Origin: a virus | Length of the DNA stretch: 64,000 bases | IMG/VR virus record: IMGVR_UViG_3300031857_000029 | Reading direction: 5' to 3' (one strand) | Shown here: piece by piece, positions 26,760-37,511 of the stretch | Layout of the letters: each line of letters begins with the position of its first letter | Numbering within the stretch: position 1 is the stretch's first letter | Notes under the pieces: generated by a model | Database searches by the model: none | What the model was told of the DNA's origin: nothing | What the model saw: the letters and a program-made list of their open reading frames with translations, nothing else | Made by a program: the position numbers and the translations under genes

Positions 26760-29700
26760 AAATTACTGTACCATTTACGAAGTTACGAACAATTGCACAT
26801 TGTGCCGACATTCATATTCGACTCTTTAAGCGGCACGAAGAATATCGAGGAGCATTTACTACATTCTATGAGCAACTCCGTCAGACAGATTTGACCGATG
26901 GAGTGATTGTCGTTGCTGGTGACATCCTTCATGCCAAGACCGATATGAGTCCAGAAATGGTGGAACTTGCCTCAGAGTTCCTCCGTAATCTTGCGGATAT
27001 CGCTCCTACCTTTGTCATCGCCGGCAACCACGACCTCAATCTCTCCAATATGAACCGATTGGACAGCTTGACACCGATTATTAAGAATCTCAATCACCAA
27101 AATCTTCATTACTTCAAGCACTCCGACATCTACCAAGTTGCTGACATAGATTTCGCAGTATTCTCTATATTAGATGACCGTGAACAATGGCCCGATGTTC
27201 AAAACTGTCGGAAGAACGCAAAGAAAATTGCATTGTACCACGGACCTGTTCACGGCGCACAAACCGATGTCAAGTATGTTATTACCAATCGTCATGTAGG
27301 TGTGGATACATTTGAAGGATATGATGTCGTGTTGCTTGGTGACATTCACAAGTATCAAGTTCTTCAAGAAAGTAATCCAGTTATCGTATACTCCTCGTCA
27401 CTTATTCAACAGAATCACGGAGAGTCGGTTACTGGTCACGGTTGGTGCTTGTGGAATGTTGAAGATTGTACACATATATTCAAGGAACTTCCTAACGCAT
27501 ACGGTTATTACACATTGGAGTTGGTCGAAGGTAAGATTAACTTCCCAACTGATATGCCGAAGAATGTTCGACTTCGTTTGTTTACGGGGAATGCTGATAC
27601 CTCACTCGTCAAGAAGACGACCGCCGCATTACGGAAACGGTATAATGTTATTGAGCTGAGTATCAACAAGAACCGATTCAATACATCCAGCCCGTCATAT
27701 CGGAAGGGAACACATCTTACCACGGATGTTACGAATCTTAATACACAGAACTCTCTCATCCAAGATTGGATTGAGCGGAATCACGAAACGATTGACGATG
27801 AGTTGATGAAAAAGATTATTGCGGTCAACACGAAGTTGAATGCACAAGTCAACCACGATGACCATTCACGGAACATTCACTGGCGTCCGTTAAAGTTTAC
27901 GTTCTCTAATATGTTCTCATATGGAGAGGGTAACGAAATCAATTTTGAACATATGCAAGGATTGCATGGTGTGTTTGCCCCAAACGCATCTGGAAAGAGT
28001 TCGTCGATGGACGCCCTCATCTTCTGCTTGTACGATAAGACCCCACGGGCATTCCGTGGTGACCATATTATGAACAATCGTAAGGACACATTTGAGTGTG
28101 AATTGAAGTTTGAAATTGACCAAGACATCTATTTCATTCGTAGAACTGGTACACGGAAAAAGACTGGCGATGTTAAGGTAGACGTATCATTCTGGAAGGA
28201 GAACGAAGATGGTACCCATACGTCATTAAACGGCGAAGACCGCCGGGACACTAACGCTAATATTCGTAACTATGTGGGTAGTTATGAAGATTTCGTACTG
28301 ACTGCATTAAGTAGTCAAACGGCAAATGCACTCTTCATTGATAAGTCACATTCTGAACGAAAGGACTTACTTATTCAATTTATGGGATTGAATGTGTTTG
28401 ATAAATTGTTTGATACAGCAAACGAAGAGTGTAAGGAAATCTCTGGTGCGTTAAAGAAGTTCAAGAAAGTTGACTTTGACCAAGTAATCGCAGATGCTCA
28501 GACAAAGTTGGAAGATAATAAGGTCAAGCATGAGAAGGTCGAAACTACGATTACCGACCTTAAAGAAGAACGAGATATGTTGGATGAGAAGCTGAGGGAA
28601 TGGCAAAACCAAAAGCGTCCAGTACCAAACATTACACTAGATATGGACGTATTGATTTCTACTTTGGCTAAGTCTGTTGACCAAATCTTAGAATATTCTG
28701 AGGGCAAGGTAGATGCGGAAAAGAGACTGGAAGCTATCAACACTAGTATTAAGGAACGTACGCAAGCAATAGTTGATGCAAACATTCCAGAACTTCGTCA
28801 GTCGGTGGAAGAGTATAATAAACTTTCTGCCTTATTGAACAAGGGCAGTAGTGCGTTAAAGTTGACCACTTCGAAGGTTACTGAAAAAGAAAAGTTCAAG
28901 ACCAAACTGGAAAGTTACAAGTATAATCCAGATTGTAACGTCTGCGTAGAAAACAATAAGTCAATTATTGAGGATATGGAGTCGGTCACTCACGAATTGG
29001 TTGATTTATATGAACTTCAATCCAAACAAGAAGATGCGGTCAACGAAATTAAGCAACAGATGGAACCGTTGGTTGATAAGGTCAACCTCTGTGCACATTA
29101 TGAGAAGTTACAAAACGAAGTCCAACAGTTCCAAAAGAAGGCAGGTACGGTTGAGTTGGAAATCCAGAAGTTGATTACTAATATTGAAAAGTGTGACCGT
29201 CAGCGGGAACAGACAGAAAAAGATATTGAATTATTTAAGACAAACGAGGACAATATCAGACACAACAAAGAAATTGATATGCATATTGGTCACGTGGAAT
29301 ATGATATCAATGTAAGTAAGAAGGCGATGGACAAGTTGGAGAAGCAACTTCGTGAATTGCATGGAGAAATCAAGGTACTCGAAGCTACTAAGGCTGATGT
29401 TCTTAACCAAATTAAGGAAGCCGAAGAGCTTGAGGATACCTACGAGGCTTACAAGTATTATATGGAAGCCGTGGGTCGTGACGGGGTGCCATACGAACTG
29501 ATGTCACGGGCAATCCCAGCAATCGAATCTGAAATAAATAATATTTTAACACAGATTGCAGAGTTTACCATTTCTCTTGAAGTGGACGGGAAGAACATTC
29601 TTGGGAAGCTGAATTACGACCACGAACGTATCTGGCCGTTGGAAAACTCGTCTGGTATGGAACGGTTTATTAGTAGTTTAGCTATCCGTGTGGCATTGTT

Positions 29701-29920
29701 GAACGCCTCAAATCTTCCAAAGTCCAACTTTATGATTATCGACGAAGGGTTGGGTACGTTGGATGCCGAAAACCTGACGGCTATGCACACAATGTTCAGT
29801 ATCTTAAAGGGTCAATTCGATTTCTTAGTAGTTATCAGTCACTTGGACATCGCTCGGGATATGGTGGACAAGGTAATTGAAATCAAACGGGAAGACGGTT
29901 TCTCGTATATTAATGTCTAA
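26756..29920 (+). CDS. Mre11/SbcD nuclease fused to Rad50/SbcC ATPase (gp47-gp46-like fusion)
   Basis: ADIH, GDILH, GNHD, GDIH phosphoesterase motifs; Walker A APNASGKS; coiled coil with CNVC hook; SSGME signature, IIDEG, ISH. Confidence 0.92.
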   Translation: MKITVPFTKLRTIAHCADIHIRLFKRHEEYRGAFTTFYEQLRQTDLTDGVIVVAGDILHAKTDMSPEMVELASEFLRNLADIAPTFVIAGNHDLNLSNMNRLDSLTPIIKNLNHQNLHYFKHSDIYQVADIDFAVFSILDDREQWPDVQNCRKNAKKIALYHGPVHGAQTDVKYVITNRHVGVDTFEGYDVVLLGDIHKYQVLQESNPVIVYSSSLIQQNHGESVTGHGWCLWNVEDCTHIFKELPNAYGYYTLELVEGKINFPTDMPKNVRLRLFTGNADTSLVKKTTAALRKRYNVIELSINKNRFNTSSPSYRKGTHLTTDVTNLNTQNSLIQDWIERNHETIDDELMKKIIAVNTKLNAQVNHDDHSRNIHWRPLKFTFSNMFSYGEGNEINFEHMQGLHGVFAPNASGKSSSMDALIFCLYDKTPRAFRGDHIMNNRKDTFECELKFEIDQDIYFIRRTGTRKKTGDVKVDVSFWKENEDGTHTSLNGEDRRDTNANIRNYVGSYEDFVLTALSSQTANALFIDKSHSERKDLLIQFMGLNVFDKLFDTANEECKEISGALKKFKKVDFDQVIADAQTKLEDNKVKHEKVETTITDLKEERDMLDEKLREWQNQKRPVPNITLDMDVLISTLAKSVDQILEYSEGKVDAEKRLEAINTSIKERTQAIVDANIPELRQSVEEYNKLSALLNKGSSALKLTTSKVTEKEKFKTKLESYKYNPDCNVCVENNKSIIEDMESVTHELVDLYELQSKQEDAVNEIKQQMEPLVDKVNLCAHYEKLQNEVQQFQKKAGTVELEIQKLITNIEKCDRQREQTEKDIELFKTNEDNIRHNKEIDMHIGHVEYDINVSKKAMDKLEKQLRELHGEIKVLEATKADVLNQIKEAEELEDTYEAYKYYMEAVGRDGVPYELMSRAIPAIESEINNILTQIAEFTISLEVDGKNILGKLNYDHERIWPLENSSGMERFISSLAIRVALLNASNLPKSNFMIIDEGLGTLDAENLTAMHTMFSILKGQFDFLVVISHLDIARDMVDKVIEIKREDGFSYINV

Positions 29921-29926
29921 CTCAAC

Positions 29927-29934
29927 TATTTATA
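29927..29934 (+). promoter_or_regulatory. Putative late promoter TATTTATA
   Basis: Recurrent intergenic motif. Confidence 0.6.
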
Positions 29935-29961
29935 TTGAGTTAGGACTCTAAACGAGACTGT

Positions 29962-31776
29962 ATGGCAAAGACAAAAAAGACTATACAATTAAAAAATTTA
30001 GCACAATATGATGTATTGATTGAAGATAGATCTGCGTCTTCTACATATTTTCAAGTAACGAATCTACCACCATCTTTTACTGGTGGTAGAAATTCGTTTT
30101 TACTGGCAGGGTCATCCGCATTAAAATCTGCGTCTAATATTCAAATAGAAATAATAGACGCAGATGGGATACCTATTTTCCAAAATCCAATACAAAAATA
30201 TGTACAAGGAAATTCTAGATTAGTTTCCGTAGAAGTGACAGAAAACACAGCTGTTGGGTTTGCTACCATCGTTATATTGGGGCAGGCTACAGTATTACCG
30301 AATGGCCAACCAGTACCACCGGATTGGCAAAATTCATATAATGTTCGTTGGACTAAACAAATACTAGTAGAGCGAAACTTAAGAAATTCCTCTCCACTTA
30401 TATTAAGAGACACACCAACAGTGTTTTCTGAAGAAAATAGATTATATAGTGTATTAACTTCTTCATTTGTAACCGCAAGTACACCGTTTACAGCAAGTTT
30501 GACTCCTACACTATATTCTGGGTTTCAAATTGGATATACAATTAAAGCAGAGTCACCAACGGTGTTTTCGGAGGATTACTTTGGTGGGTATATAACTGGC
30601 TCTATGATTATAGATGGAATAAGCGCCAGTCTGTATCTACCGATAACAGATGTACTGAATACAACTACAGCATTTAGCACTGGTGAATTAATTAAAACAA
30701 CAGATGGTCGAATTGTAGATAAAATTTATTTACGGAGTGGTAGCTATACTACATCATTATTTGGGTCATCATCTGCAATAAAAACCACAGCTCAGTTAGT
30801 ATATAATACATCAAGTATAAAGGATAATCATATTCCTGTGTCGTATGCAAAACTTCGTTTAGTAAATTTGAACACAGTAAGCGGTGAAATATTTAAATTC
30901 AAAGTGTACAGTAAAGTTTCTACTAATCTATCCGATTATAAATTAGTAGCGGAAGTACCGATAGCTACATCTGAATTATTGGTGACCAGTTCTATTCGTG
31001 GTAATTTACCAATAGGTGATTTATATGTAGTACCCACAGCATCAAATTGGTATTCTGATAGACTAGAAACTAGTTCAAATGCGATATATACAATATCAGG
31101 ATCTGCTGCTTACTATAACCCAACAGTTACTAGTATAAATCCGCCAATTACAATGTCTATTACTGATGATGTATTATTGCGGTCACTTCGTTCAGTAATA
31201 CCGACATTTAACAATACAAATTATGCAGGATATGTATCGGCAAGTGGATACTTTATAGGAAATAAAAAATCGGTACAACTATTCCCAACAACAGAATATA
31301 CCTTGCAATTCGATGCGGTTTATAAAAAGACAGTTGGAGCGGTAAATTTAACTGGTGTGGACTCAAAGGTTGATATTTATCTTATAGGGGTAGAAGGCAC
31401 TAAAGTTATTGACAACAATCCTTTAGGACAAAAAATCGGTACATTAACTTTACCGAGCGGAGCAGAAACTTATTGGTACCAAGACCAGCAACTTAACTTT
31501 ACCCCACAATTAGCTGCGGCTGGAAATGTGGGTATACGATTCGTTGTAAGCAATGGATTCTGGTATTTTTCTGAAATATCATTAAAACCAGCATCGGATA
31601 GACTATTTGCACCAGATGAAGCACAAATTTTAGTACCAAACACAGAATATTATAATGAATTATTACAACATAAGATAGAATTTTTTGATATCAATAGTAA
31701 TTCAACAGATATAGCTATAGAATCTATTCCTACCTTCTTTACTGGCTCGAATATTGATTTGGGTACAATACCATGA
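29962..31776 (+). CDS. Virion structural protein (beta-rich)
   Basis: 604 aa, Ser/Thr-rich, follows the late motif. Confidence 0.65.
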   Translation: MAKTKKTIQLKNLAQYDVLIEDRSASSTYFQVTNLPPSFTGGRNSFLLAGSSALKSASNIQIEIIDADGIPIFQNPIQKYVQGNSRLVSVEVTENTAVGFATIVILGQATVLPNGQPVPPDWQNSYNVRWTKQILVERNLRNSSPLILRDTPTVFSEENRLYSVLTSSFVTASTPFTASLTPTLYSGFQIGYTIKAESPTVFSEDYFGGYITGSMIIDGISASLYLPITDVLNTTTAFSTGELIKTTDGRIVDKIYLRSGSYTTSLFGSSSAIKTTAQLVYNTSSIKDNHIPVSYAKLRLVNLNTVSGEIFKFKVYSKVSTNLSDYKLVAEVPIATSELLVTSSIRGNLPIGDLYVVPTASNWYSDRLETSSNAIYTISGSAAYYNPTVTSINPPITMSITDDVLLRSLRSVIPTFNNTNYAGYVSASGYFIGNKKSVQLFPTTEYTLQFDAVYKKTVGAVNLTGVDSKVDIYLIGVEGTKVIDNNPLGQKIGTLTLPSGAETYWYQDQQLNFTPQLAAAGNVGIRFVVSNGFWYFSEISLKPASDRLFAPDEAQILVPNTEYYNELLQHKIEFFDINSNSTDIAIESIPTFFTGSNIDLGTIP

Positions 31777-34664
31777 AACATTTGACTAACGAACAACTTA
31801 GTTTCTTATTGCAATTTCCAACTGGACACAGACTCCAAGTTGGAGCATTGAGCTATATTGAAAAACATAAAATTCAAGATGTTGATATTTTGTTTGAAGC
31901 AACCAAAGCTACACAAAATATTATTGATGTATTTAATAAGAAATTAGAAGTGTTGGACGAAAAGAAACGAAAGAAGTGTACCATATACCCAACTGATTCT
32001 GGAAATAAGATTCGTAAAAAGTGTAAACAAGCACACACCTGGGGTATTCATTACGCCCCTGTATGGAATCGATATGTTCAACCGGAACCAACCACACCAG
32101 ACACGGGTACTGATGGTGGCGCGGATGTAGGTGGTGGAGAAACTGGTGGTGATGCTGGTGGTATAGCAGAACGAAAGGGAATCGCTGGGTCACGATTCAC
32201 ATTCCCAATGTCCATCGGTCCAGAAAATGATTATCAACAAAAACCACAAGACGAAGCAATGTCTAGTACGGAACGGATGCGGAAATTCAACAAGCGTCAT
32301 CCTGAAAAAGTTCGTCAGTACTTGAAAAAGACCCAAGACGACCGTGTAGCTCGTAACCGTGACCGCCGTAAGGCAGTTGAAAAGCACGGTGAAGCTAAGA
32401 TGAAAAACCACGATGTGCATCATCCAAATGGTGCAAAGAATGGTAATTGGAAGTTAGCAAAGAAAGACCACGGGCGAGATAAGAAGAACGAGAATATTGA
32501 ATATGTGTATTTGTCTGAACTAGCCGAAGGGGTTGTGCCAAATGGTAGTTGGACTCTTATATACGAGGGTGGTGCCGCAGGACATATGGCACACCCATAC
32601 GAAGATGATTCATTGTCTTTTACAGATGTAAAGGATATGGTTACCCGTGGACTCGTTGGTGATTTAGGTGCAGAAGAACCAGTGACAGAAAAACTTGACG
32701 GTCAAAATATTATGTTTACCGTTCGAGATGGTCGAGTATATTTCGCTCGTAATAAAGGACAAGTCAAAAACAAAGGTAAAAATGCGCTAGACACGGCTGG
32801 TATACGTCAGATGTTTGCTGGTCGTGGTGATATTGAAAAGGCGTTTACTGGTGCAGCAGAAGACTTACAAAATGCCATAGACGCACTTCCAGAAGAAGAA
32901 CGTAATAAGATGTTCTCTGATGGTTCGAAGTTTATGAATGTCGAAATAGTATTTCCGGATACCAAGAACGTTATCCCATATGACAAATCTGTATTGGTGT
33001 TTCACGGAACCGTTGAATATGACGACGAAGGTAACGAAATCAAGCGGTCAGTCGAAGATGGTCGTGAATTATCTGACCAACTTACTAAGGTTAATGCGCA
33101 AAAGCAAAAAACGTTTGGTATCTCGGGTCCAAAGACTATTAGTTTTAGTGATGCACAAACTGTTGAAAATAAAAATGCATTAAAAAAGATTGGAGCACGT
33201 TTAACTCAACTTCAAAAAGAATATGGTTTAGATGACAAGTCTACCATTGAAGATTATAAGACAAAATGGTGGGAAGATAAGATTATTCAAATCTCACAAG
33301 AAACCGGACTCGAATTCACTAAACAAGAATTTGATGGTATGGTTCGTCGTTGGGCATTAGGCGATAAAAAGTTTAAGGTCGCTGATATTGAAGACCCAGA
33401 AAAGAAAAAATGGTTCCGTCAGTTTGAAGGAAGTGAACTAAAAGCAACACAACGTGAAGCAGTCCGTCCGCTGGAAAGTGTATTCTTACAAGTGGGTGCT
33501 ATGTCACTTAAGCGGGTTACCGATTTCTTATCAGCAAATAACCCAGAACTTGCGAATAAGTTGAAAGCTGAAGTATTGGATACCATTAAACAAATTCAGC
33601 AAACGGGTGATACAAACAAATTAGCTGCGTTACAAATTCAATTAGAACGTTTACAAGATATTGGAATGGACAATATCGTTCCAACCGAAGGTATGGTCTT
33701 TATGTATAAGGGTAAGCCATACAAGTTCACTGGGACATTCGCTCCTGTCAACCAAATTTTGGGTACGTTAAAGTTTGATAAGGGTGAAGCAAAGTTAGTT
33801 GACGAACCAAAGGAAACTCCAAAAGAAGAACCAACTACAAAACCAGTACAAGGTGAACAACGTACCGTTGCTATCTTTACTGGACGTTTCCAACCATTCC
33901 ATGCTGGTCACTATAGTATTTATAAGTCGATGGTAGATAAGTTTGGTAAGGAGAATGTATATATCGCATCAAGTGATAAGACAGAGGCTGGTAAGTCTCC
34001 GTTTAAATTTAGTGATAAAAAAGAAATAATGACACAGATGTTCGATATTCCAGAAGATATGGTAGTTCAAGTCAAGAATCCATATGCACCAAAAGAAATT
34101 TTGGAAAAGCTTCCACCAGAGACAGTATATGTAACTGCGGTCAGCCAAAAGGACTCAGAACGGTTGGGTGGTAAGTATTTCCAACCATATGATGAGAAGG
34201 GTCCAAAGAAAGGATTTGCCGACCAAGGATATTTTATGGTCGCTCCAGAATTGGAGGTTGATATTGATGGGAAGAATATAAGTGGTACACAACTTCGTGC
34301 AATCTTTGGTAACCCAAACATTACCGATGAAGTCAAGCAGGAAATCTTCGCAAAGGTGTATGGTAAATTCGACCAAGATATATTCAACAAAGTGGTCAAA
34401 ACAACTACTAAGTCAGAAGAAGAATTAAAGATTACCAAGCAATTTGCAGAACCAGAAAAAGCAAAACAAAAACCAGAAGCTCCAATAGAAAAGAAACCAC
34501 GAGTTAAAAAACCAGTGGATACCACTACAAGTGATGATGCATCACAATATCAGCCAGGCGAAACGTGGCAAACTGCTGGTGGGAACTTCGGTGGTAAAAA
34601 TAAAAAGAATCAAATTAAGTATTTCGGGTCAGAAGAAAAAGCTAAGGCATTTGCAACCAAGTGA
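31773..34664 (+). CDS. Multidomain protein: HNH-like segment, ATP-grasp/RNA-ligase-like domain (DUF6267-like), HxGH cytidylyltransferase-like domain
   Basis: DVHHPNG; GGAAGHM.HP and EKLDGQN (KxDG), EG.V, KFTG; GRFQPFHAGH, SP.....K, ISGT.LR. Confidence 0.65.
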   Translation: MKHLTNEQLSFLLQFPTGHRLQVGALSYIEKHKIQDVDILFEATKATQNIIDVFNKKLEVLDEKKRKKCTIYPTDSGNKIRKKCKQAHTWGIHYAPVWNRYVQPEPTTPDTGTDGGADVGGGETGGDAGGIAERKGIAGSRFTFPMSIGPENDYQQKPQDEAMSSTERMRKFNKRHPEKVRQYLKKTQDDRVARNRDRRKAVEKHGEAKMKNHDVHHPNGAKNGNWKLAKKDHGRDKKNENIEYVYLSELAEGVVPNGSWTLIYEGGAAGHMAHPYEDDSLSFTDVKDMVTRGLVGDLGAEEPVTEKLDGQNIMFTVRDGRVYFARNKGQVKNKGKNALDTAGIRQMFAGRGDIEKAFTGAAEDLQNAIDALPEEERNKMFSDGSKFMNVEIVFPDTKNVIPYDKSVLVFHGTVEYDDEGNEIKRSVEDGRELSDQLTKVNAQKQKTFGISGPKTISFSDAQTVENKNALKKIGARLTQLQKEYGLDDKSTIEDYKTKWWEDKIIQISQETGLEFTKQEFDGMVRRWALGDKKFKVADIEDPEKKKWFRQFEGSELKATQREAVRPLESVFLQVGAMSLKRVTDFLSANNPELANKLKAEVLDTIKQIQQTGDTNKLAALQIQLERLQDIGMDNIVPTEGMVFMYKGKPYKFTGTFAPVNQILGTLKFDKGEAKLVDEPKETPKEEPTTKPVQGEQRTVAIFTGRFQPFHAGHYSIYKSMVDKFGKENVYIASSDKTEAGKSPFKFSDKKEIMTQMFDIPEDMVVQVKNPYAPKEILEKLPPETVYVTAVSQKDSERLGGKYFQPYDEKGPKKGFADQGYFMVAPELEVDIDGKNISGTQLRAIFGNPNITDEVKQEIFAKVYGKFDQDIFNKVVKTTTKSEEELKITKQFAEPEKAKQKPEAPIEKKPRVKKPVDTTTSDDASQYQPGETWQTAGGNFGGKNKKNQIKYFGSEEKAKAFATK

Positions 34665-34670
34665 GGTTAT

Positions 34671-35276
34671 ATGTTTAAAAATGAAGAAGCATTAAATGAT
34701 GTTCGTAAGAAAGTAGCAGAAAAGTTAAATAAAGACGGAAACAGACTAGTCTTTGGTTGGAGAGGAGAGGCTGAACCCACTCGTAAAGAAGGTGATGTGT
34801 GGGAAGATGTCAATGGTAAAAAGTGGACTGTAAAAAATGGTATTCGTCAAACTGTAACTAAGTTAGACGATGCTAAAACTCCACATTGGTGTCCTAAATG
34901 TAGTAAGCCAATGAATCACCGGTTTGATATCAAGTTCTGGCGTATCCGTGGTCATTGTTATGACTGTAATATCAAATTAGAAACAGAGCTTCGTCGTCAA
35001 GGTAAGTGGAAAGATTTCGAACAAAAAATGATGCTACGCAATTATATCTCAGCGGCAAAAGACAGACTCCAAGAATTACAACATTACCTCGACAATCTCA
35101 GTAAACCAGAATATCTGCTAATGAATGAGCATGAAAAAACTGTATTGATGTTTGAAAAGTGGGATATTGATTTAGACACTGTAAGAAAAGATTTAACGGA
35201 TGAAATTGAATTAATCAAAAAAAATTTGGCAGAAACCATAGAACAGTACGGTACTGGAGAAGATAATGAAACTTAA
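34671..35276 (+). CDS. Hypothetical zinc-finger protein
   Basis: CPKC...CYDC. Confidence 0.75.
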   Translation: MFKNEEALNDVRKKVAEKLNKDGNRLVFGWRGEAEPTRKEGDVWEDVNGKKWTVKNGIRQTVTKLDDAKTPHWCPKCSKPMNHRFDIKFWRIRGHCYDCNIKLETELRRQGKWKDFEQKMMLRNYISAAKDRLQELQHYLDNLSKPEYLLMNEHEKTVLMFEKWDIDLDTVRKDLTDEIELIKKNLAETIEQYGTGEDNET

Positions 35277-35862
35277 GCTGTTAGGATTATTACTAGCATT
35301 TGCAGGAGTTTTATATTGGCAAGACTCCACCAGCGATGACGCAATGGACAAGTACATTGAAGAGTACAAACAATTTCAAGCAAAAGCAGATTCGGTCACT
35401 GAATTGGCAGATAGTTTGAAAGTAGAGATTACTATCGCAGATAATGAATCTCGTGCCGCAGAAAGTCGTGCAAAAGTATTAGGTAGTCAAGTTAATTCAT
35501 TGAAAAATGAAACTTTGAGTATGGAAGAACGAGCAGAAGTAATGAAGGAAACGCTTCTTGACACATTAGAACTAGCTCGTCAAGTATTACCATTAAAAGA
35601 CTCGATTATTGCAAAGCAAAAGGAAACCATTACTGCACAAGGTACACAAGTCACAGAACTTGAAAGTGCATTACAAAGTAAGGATACTGCATTAAAGTTA
35701 GCACTAATGCGCGGTGATAGTCTTCAAATGGTGGTCAACCTTATTCCACCTGCCCCAAAAAATCCTAACCGCATGTTTGGATTTAAGTTACCAAGTCGTA
35801 AGGCATCGTTTGCAGTTGGTTTAGCAATGGGACTTGGAGCGGGGATTCTTGTAATCAAGTAG
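35266..35862 (+). CDS. Coiled-coil protein with N- and C-terminal hydrophobic segments (spanin-like?)
   Basis: Signal/TM, heptads, C-terminal FAVGLAMGLGAGILVI. Confidence 0.6.
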   Translation: MKLKLLGLLLAFAGVLYWQDSTSDDAMDKYIEEYKQFQAKADSVTELADSLKVEITIADNESRAAESRAKVLGSQVNSLKNETLSMEERAEVMKETLLDTLELARQVLPLKDSIIAKQKETITAQGTQVTELESALQSKDTALKLALMRGDSLQMVVNLIPPAPKNPNRMFGFKLPSRKASFAVGLAMGLGAGILVIK

Positions 35863-35869
35863 AGGTTTT

Positions 35870-37459
35870 ATGAACGCAACATCACAACAGTTACGTGACA
35901 AAATTAAAGAAGAGTTTAAGAAATGTGCAGTAGACCCGGCATACTTCTTATCACGGTATTCATACATTCAACACCCAATCCGTGGTCGGGTGTTGTTTGA
36001 TTTATACCATTATCAGAAAGATGCACTGAAAGATTTTGAGAACTGTGATTATAATATCGTTCTGAAAGGTCGTCAGATTGGTATTTCCACATTAGTCGCG
36101 GGATACTCATTGTGGTTGATGCTATTTCACAAAGATAAAAACATTCTTGTTATCGCAACCAAGCAAGAAACTGCAAAGAACTTGGTGACAAAGGTTAAGT
36201 TCATGCATCAAAATCTTCCAGTATGGTTACGGGGTAACGTCATTACAGACAATAAGTTATCATTACAATTTGGTAACGGGTCACAGATTAAAGCAGTTGC
36301 CTCCAGTCCCGACGCCGGCCGTTCTGAAGCACTGTCTCTTCTCATTCTTGACGAAGCTGCATTTATTGACGCAGCAGATATTATTTGGACCGCAGCATCC
36401 AGTACATTGTCAACGGGTGGTAAAGCAATTCTATTGTCTACGCCAAACGGTGTTGGTAACTTCTTCCATAAAATGTGGCAACAAGCAGAGACAAATGCCA
36501 ATAATTTTAATACTATCTTATTAGATTGGAAAGTTCACCCAGAACGTGACCAAGCATGGCGTGACCGCCAAACAGAACTGATGGGTGAACTACAAGCAAT
36601 TCAAGAACATGATGCATCATTCATATTCTCCGGTAATACGGTTATCCCTGCAGAAATCATAGAGTTTTATAAATCGTCGTTTGTTCAAGAACCAATATCT
36701 AAAGAAGGATTTGATGGAAATCTTTGGATATGGGAATATCCTAGTCCGTCTAAAACTTATATTGTTTGCGCAGACGTTGCCCGCGGAGATGGTGAGGATT
36801 ATTCAACTTTCCATGTAATTGATGTAGAAACCTCTACCCAAGTCGCAGAGTACAAGGGAAAAGTAGAAACTAAGCAGTTTGGAAATATGTTGGTGTCTAT
36901 CGCAACACAGTATAATGACGCACTCCTTATCCCAGATAACAGTAGTATTGGATGGAACGCAATTCAGCAGATTATTGACCGTGGGTATCGTAATCTGTTC
37001 TATATGTCCAGAGACTTACAATATGTAGATGTTGAACATCAATTGAATAGAAAGTATTTGAAAGAAGATAAGATGAGTTCATTGGTGCCTGGGTTTATGA
37101 TATCCCAAAGAACCAGGCCATTGATTATCGCCAGATTAAAAGAATATATGTTAGATAATTCATTTACTATTCGGTCAAGTCGAATGGTTGCAGAGTTGGA
37201 AACATTTATTTGGAAGAATGGCCGGCCAGAAGCATTGGGCGGGTATAATGACGACTTGGTATTAGCACTTTGTATAGGTCTGTGGGTACGAGACACCGCC
37301 TTAAGATTACGCCAAGAGGGCATAGAATTGACCAAATTAGCGTTAGATAACACAAAATATCAGATGGGAAGTATGGTATATACAGACAAGAATTTAACTC
37401 ATAATCCATATGAGATGCAAATTGGTCAGGAAAAAGAGAATTTACGGTGGTTACTGTAA
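35870..37459 (+). CDS. terL: Terminase large subunit (gp17-like)
   Basis: KGRQIGIST Walker A, LILDEAAF Walker B, STPNG, DVARG..D, DDLV nuclease motifs. Confidence 0.95.
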   Translation: MNATSQQLRDKIKEEFKKCAVDPAYFLSRYSYIQHPIRGRVLFDLYHYQKDALKDFENCDYNIVLKGRQIGISTLVAGYSLWLMLFHKDKNILVIATKQETAKNLVTKVKFMHQNLPVWLRGNVITDNKLSLQFGNGSQIKAVASSPDAGRSEALSLLILDEAAFIDAADIIWTAASSTLSTGGKAILLSTPNGVGNFFHKMWQQAETNANNFNTILLDWKVHPERDQAWRDRQTELMGELQAIQEHDASFIFSGNTVIPAEIIEFYKSSFVQEPISKEGFDGNLWIWEYPSPSKTYIVCADVARGDGEDYSTFHVIDVETSTQVAEYKGKVETKQFGNMLVSIATQYNDALLIPDNSSIGWNAIQQIIDRGYRNLFYMSRDLQYVDVEHQLNRKYLKEDKMSSLVPGFMISQRTRPLIIARLKEYMLDNSFTIRSSRMVAELETFIWKNGRPEALGGYNDDLVLALCIGLWVRDTALRLRQEGIELTKLALDNTKYQMGSMVYTDKNLTHNPYEMQIGQEKENLRWLL

Positions 37460-37467
37460 ATACATTA

Positions 37468-37475
37468 TACTTATA
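37468..37475 (+). promoter_or_regulatory. Putative late promoter TACTTATA
   Basis: Recurrent intergenic motif. Confidence 0.55.
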
Positions 37476-37511
37476 TAGTAGTGTCTTTATATACTATTTT
37501 TGAGGCAAAGT

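Noticed and set aside
35870-37459. Intein or intron in terminase, portal or primase
   Set aside because: Lengths are normal; no intein termini or LAGLIDADG insert visible
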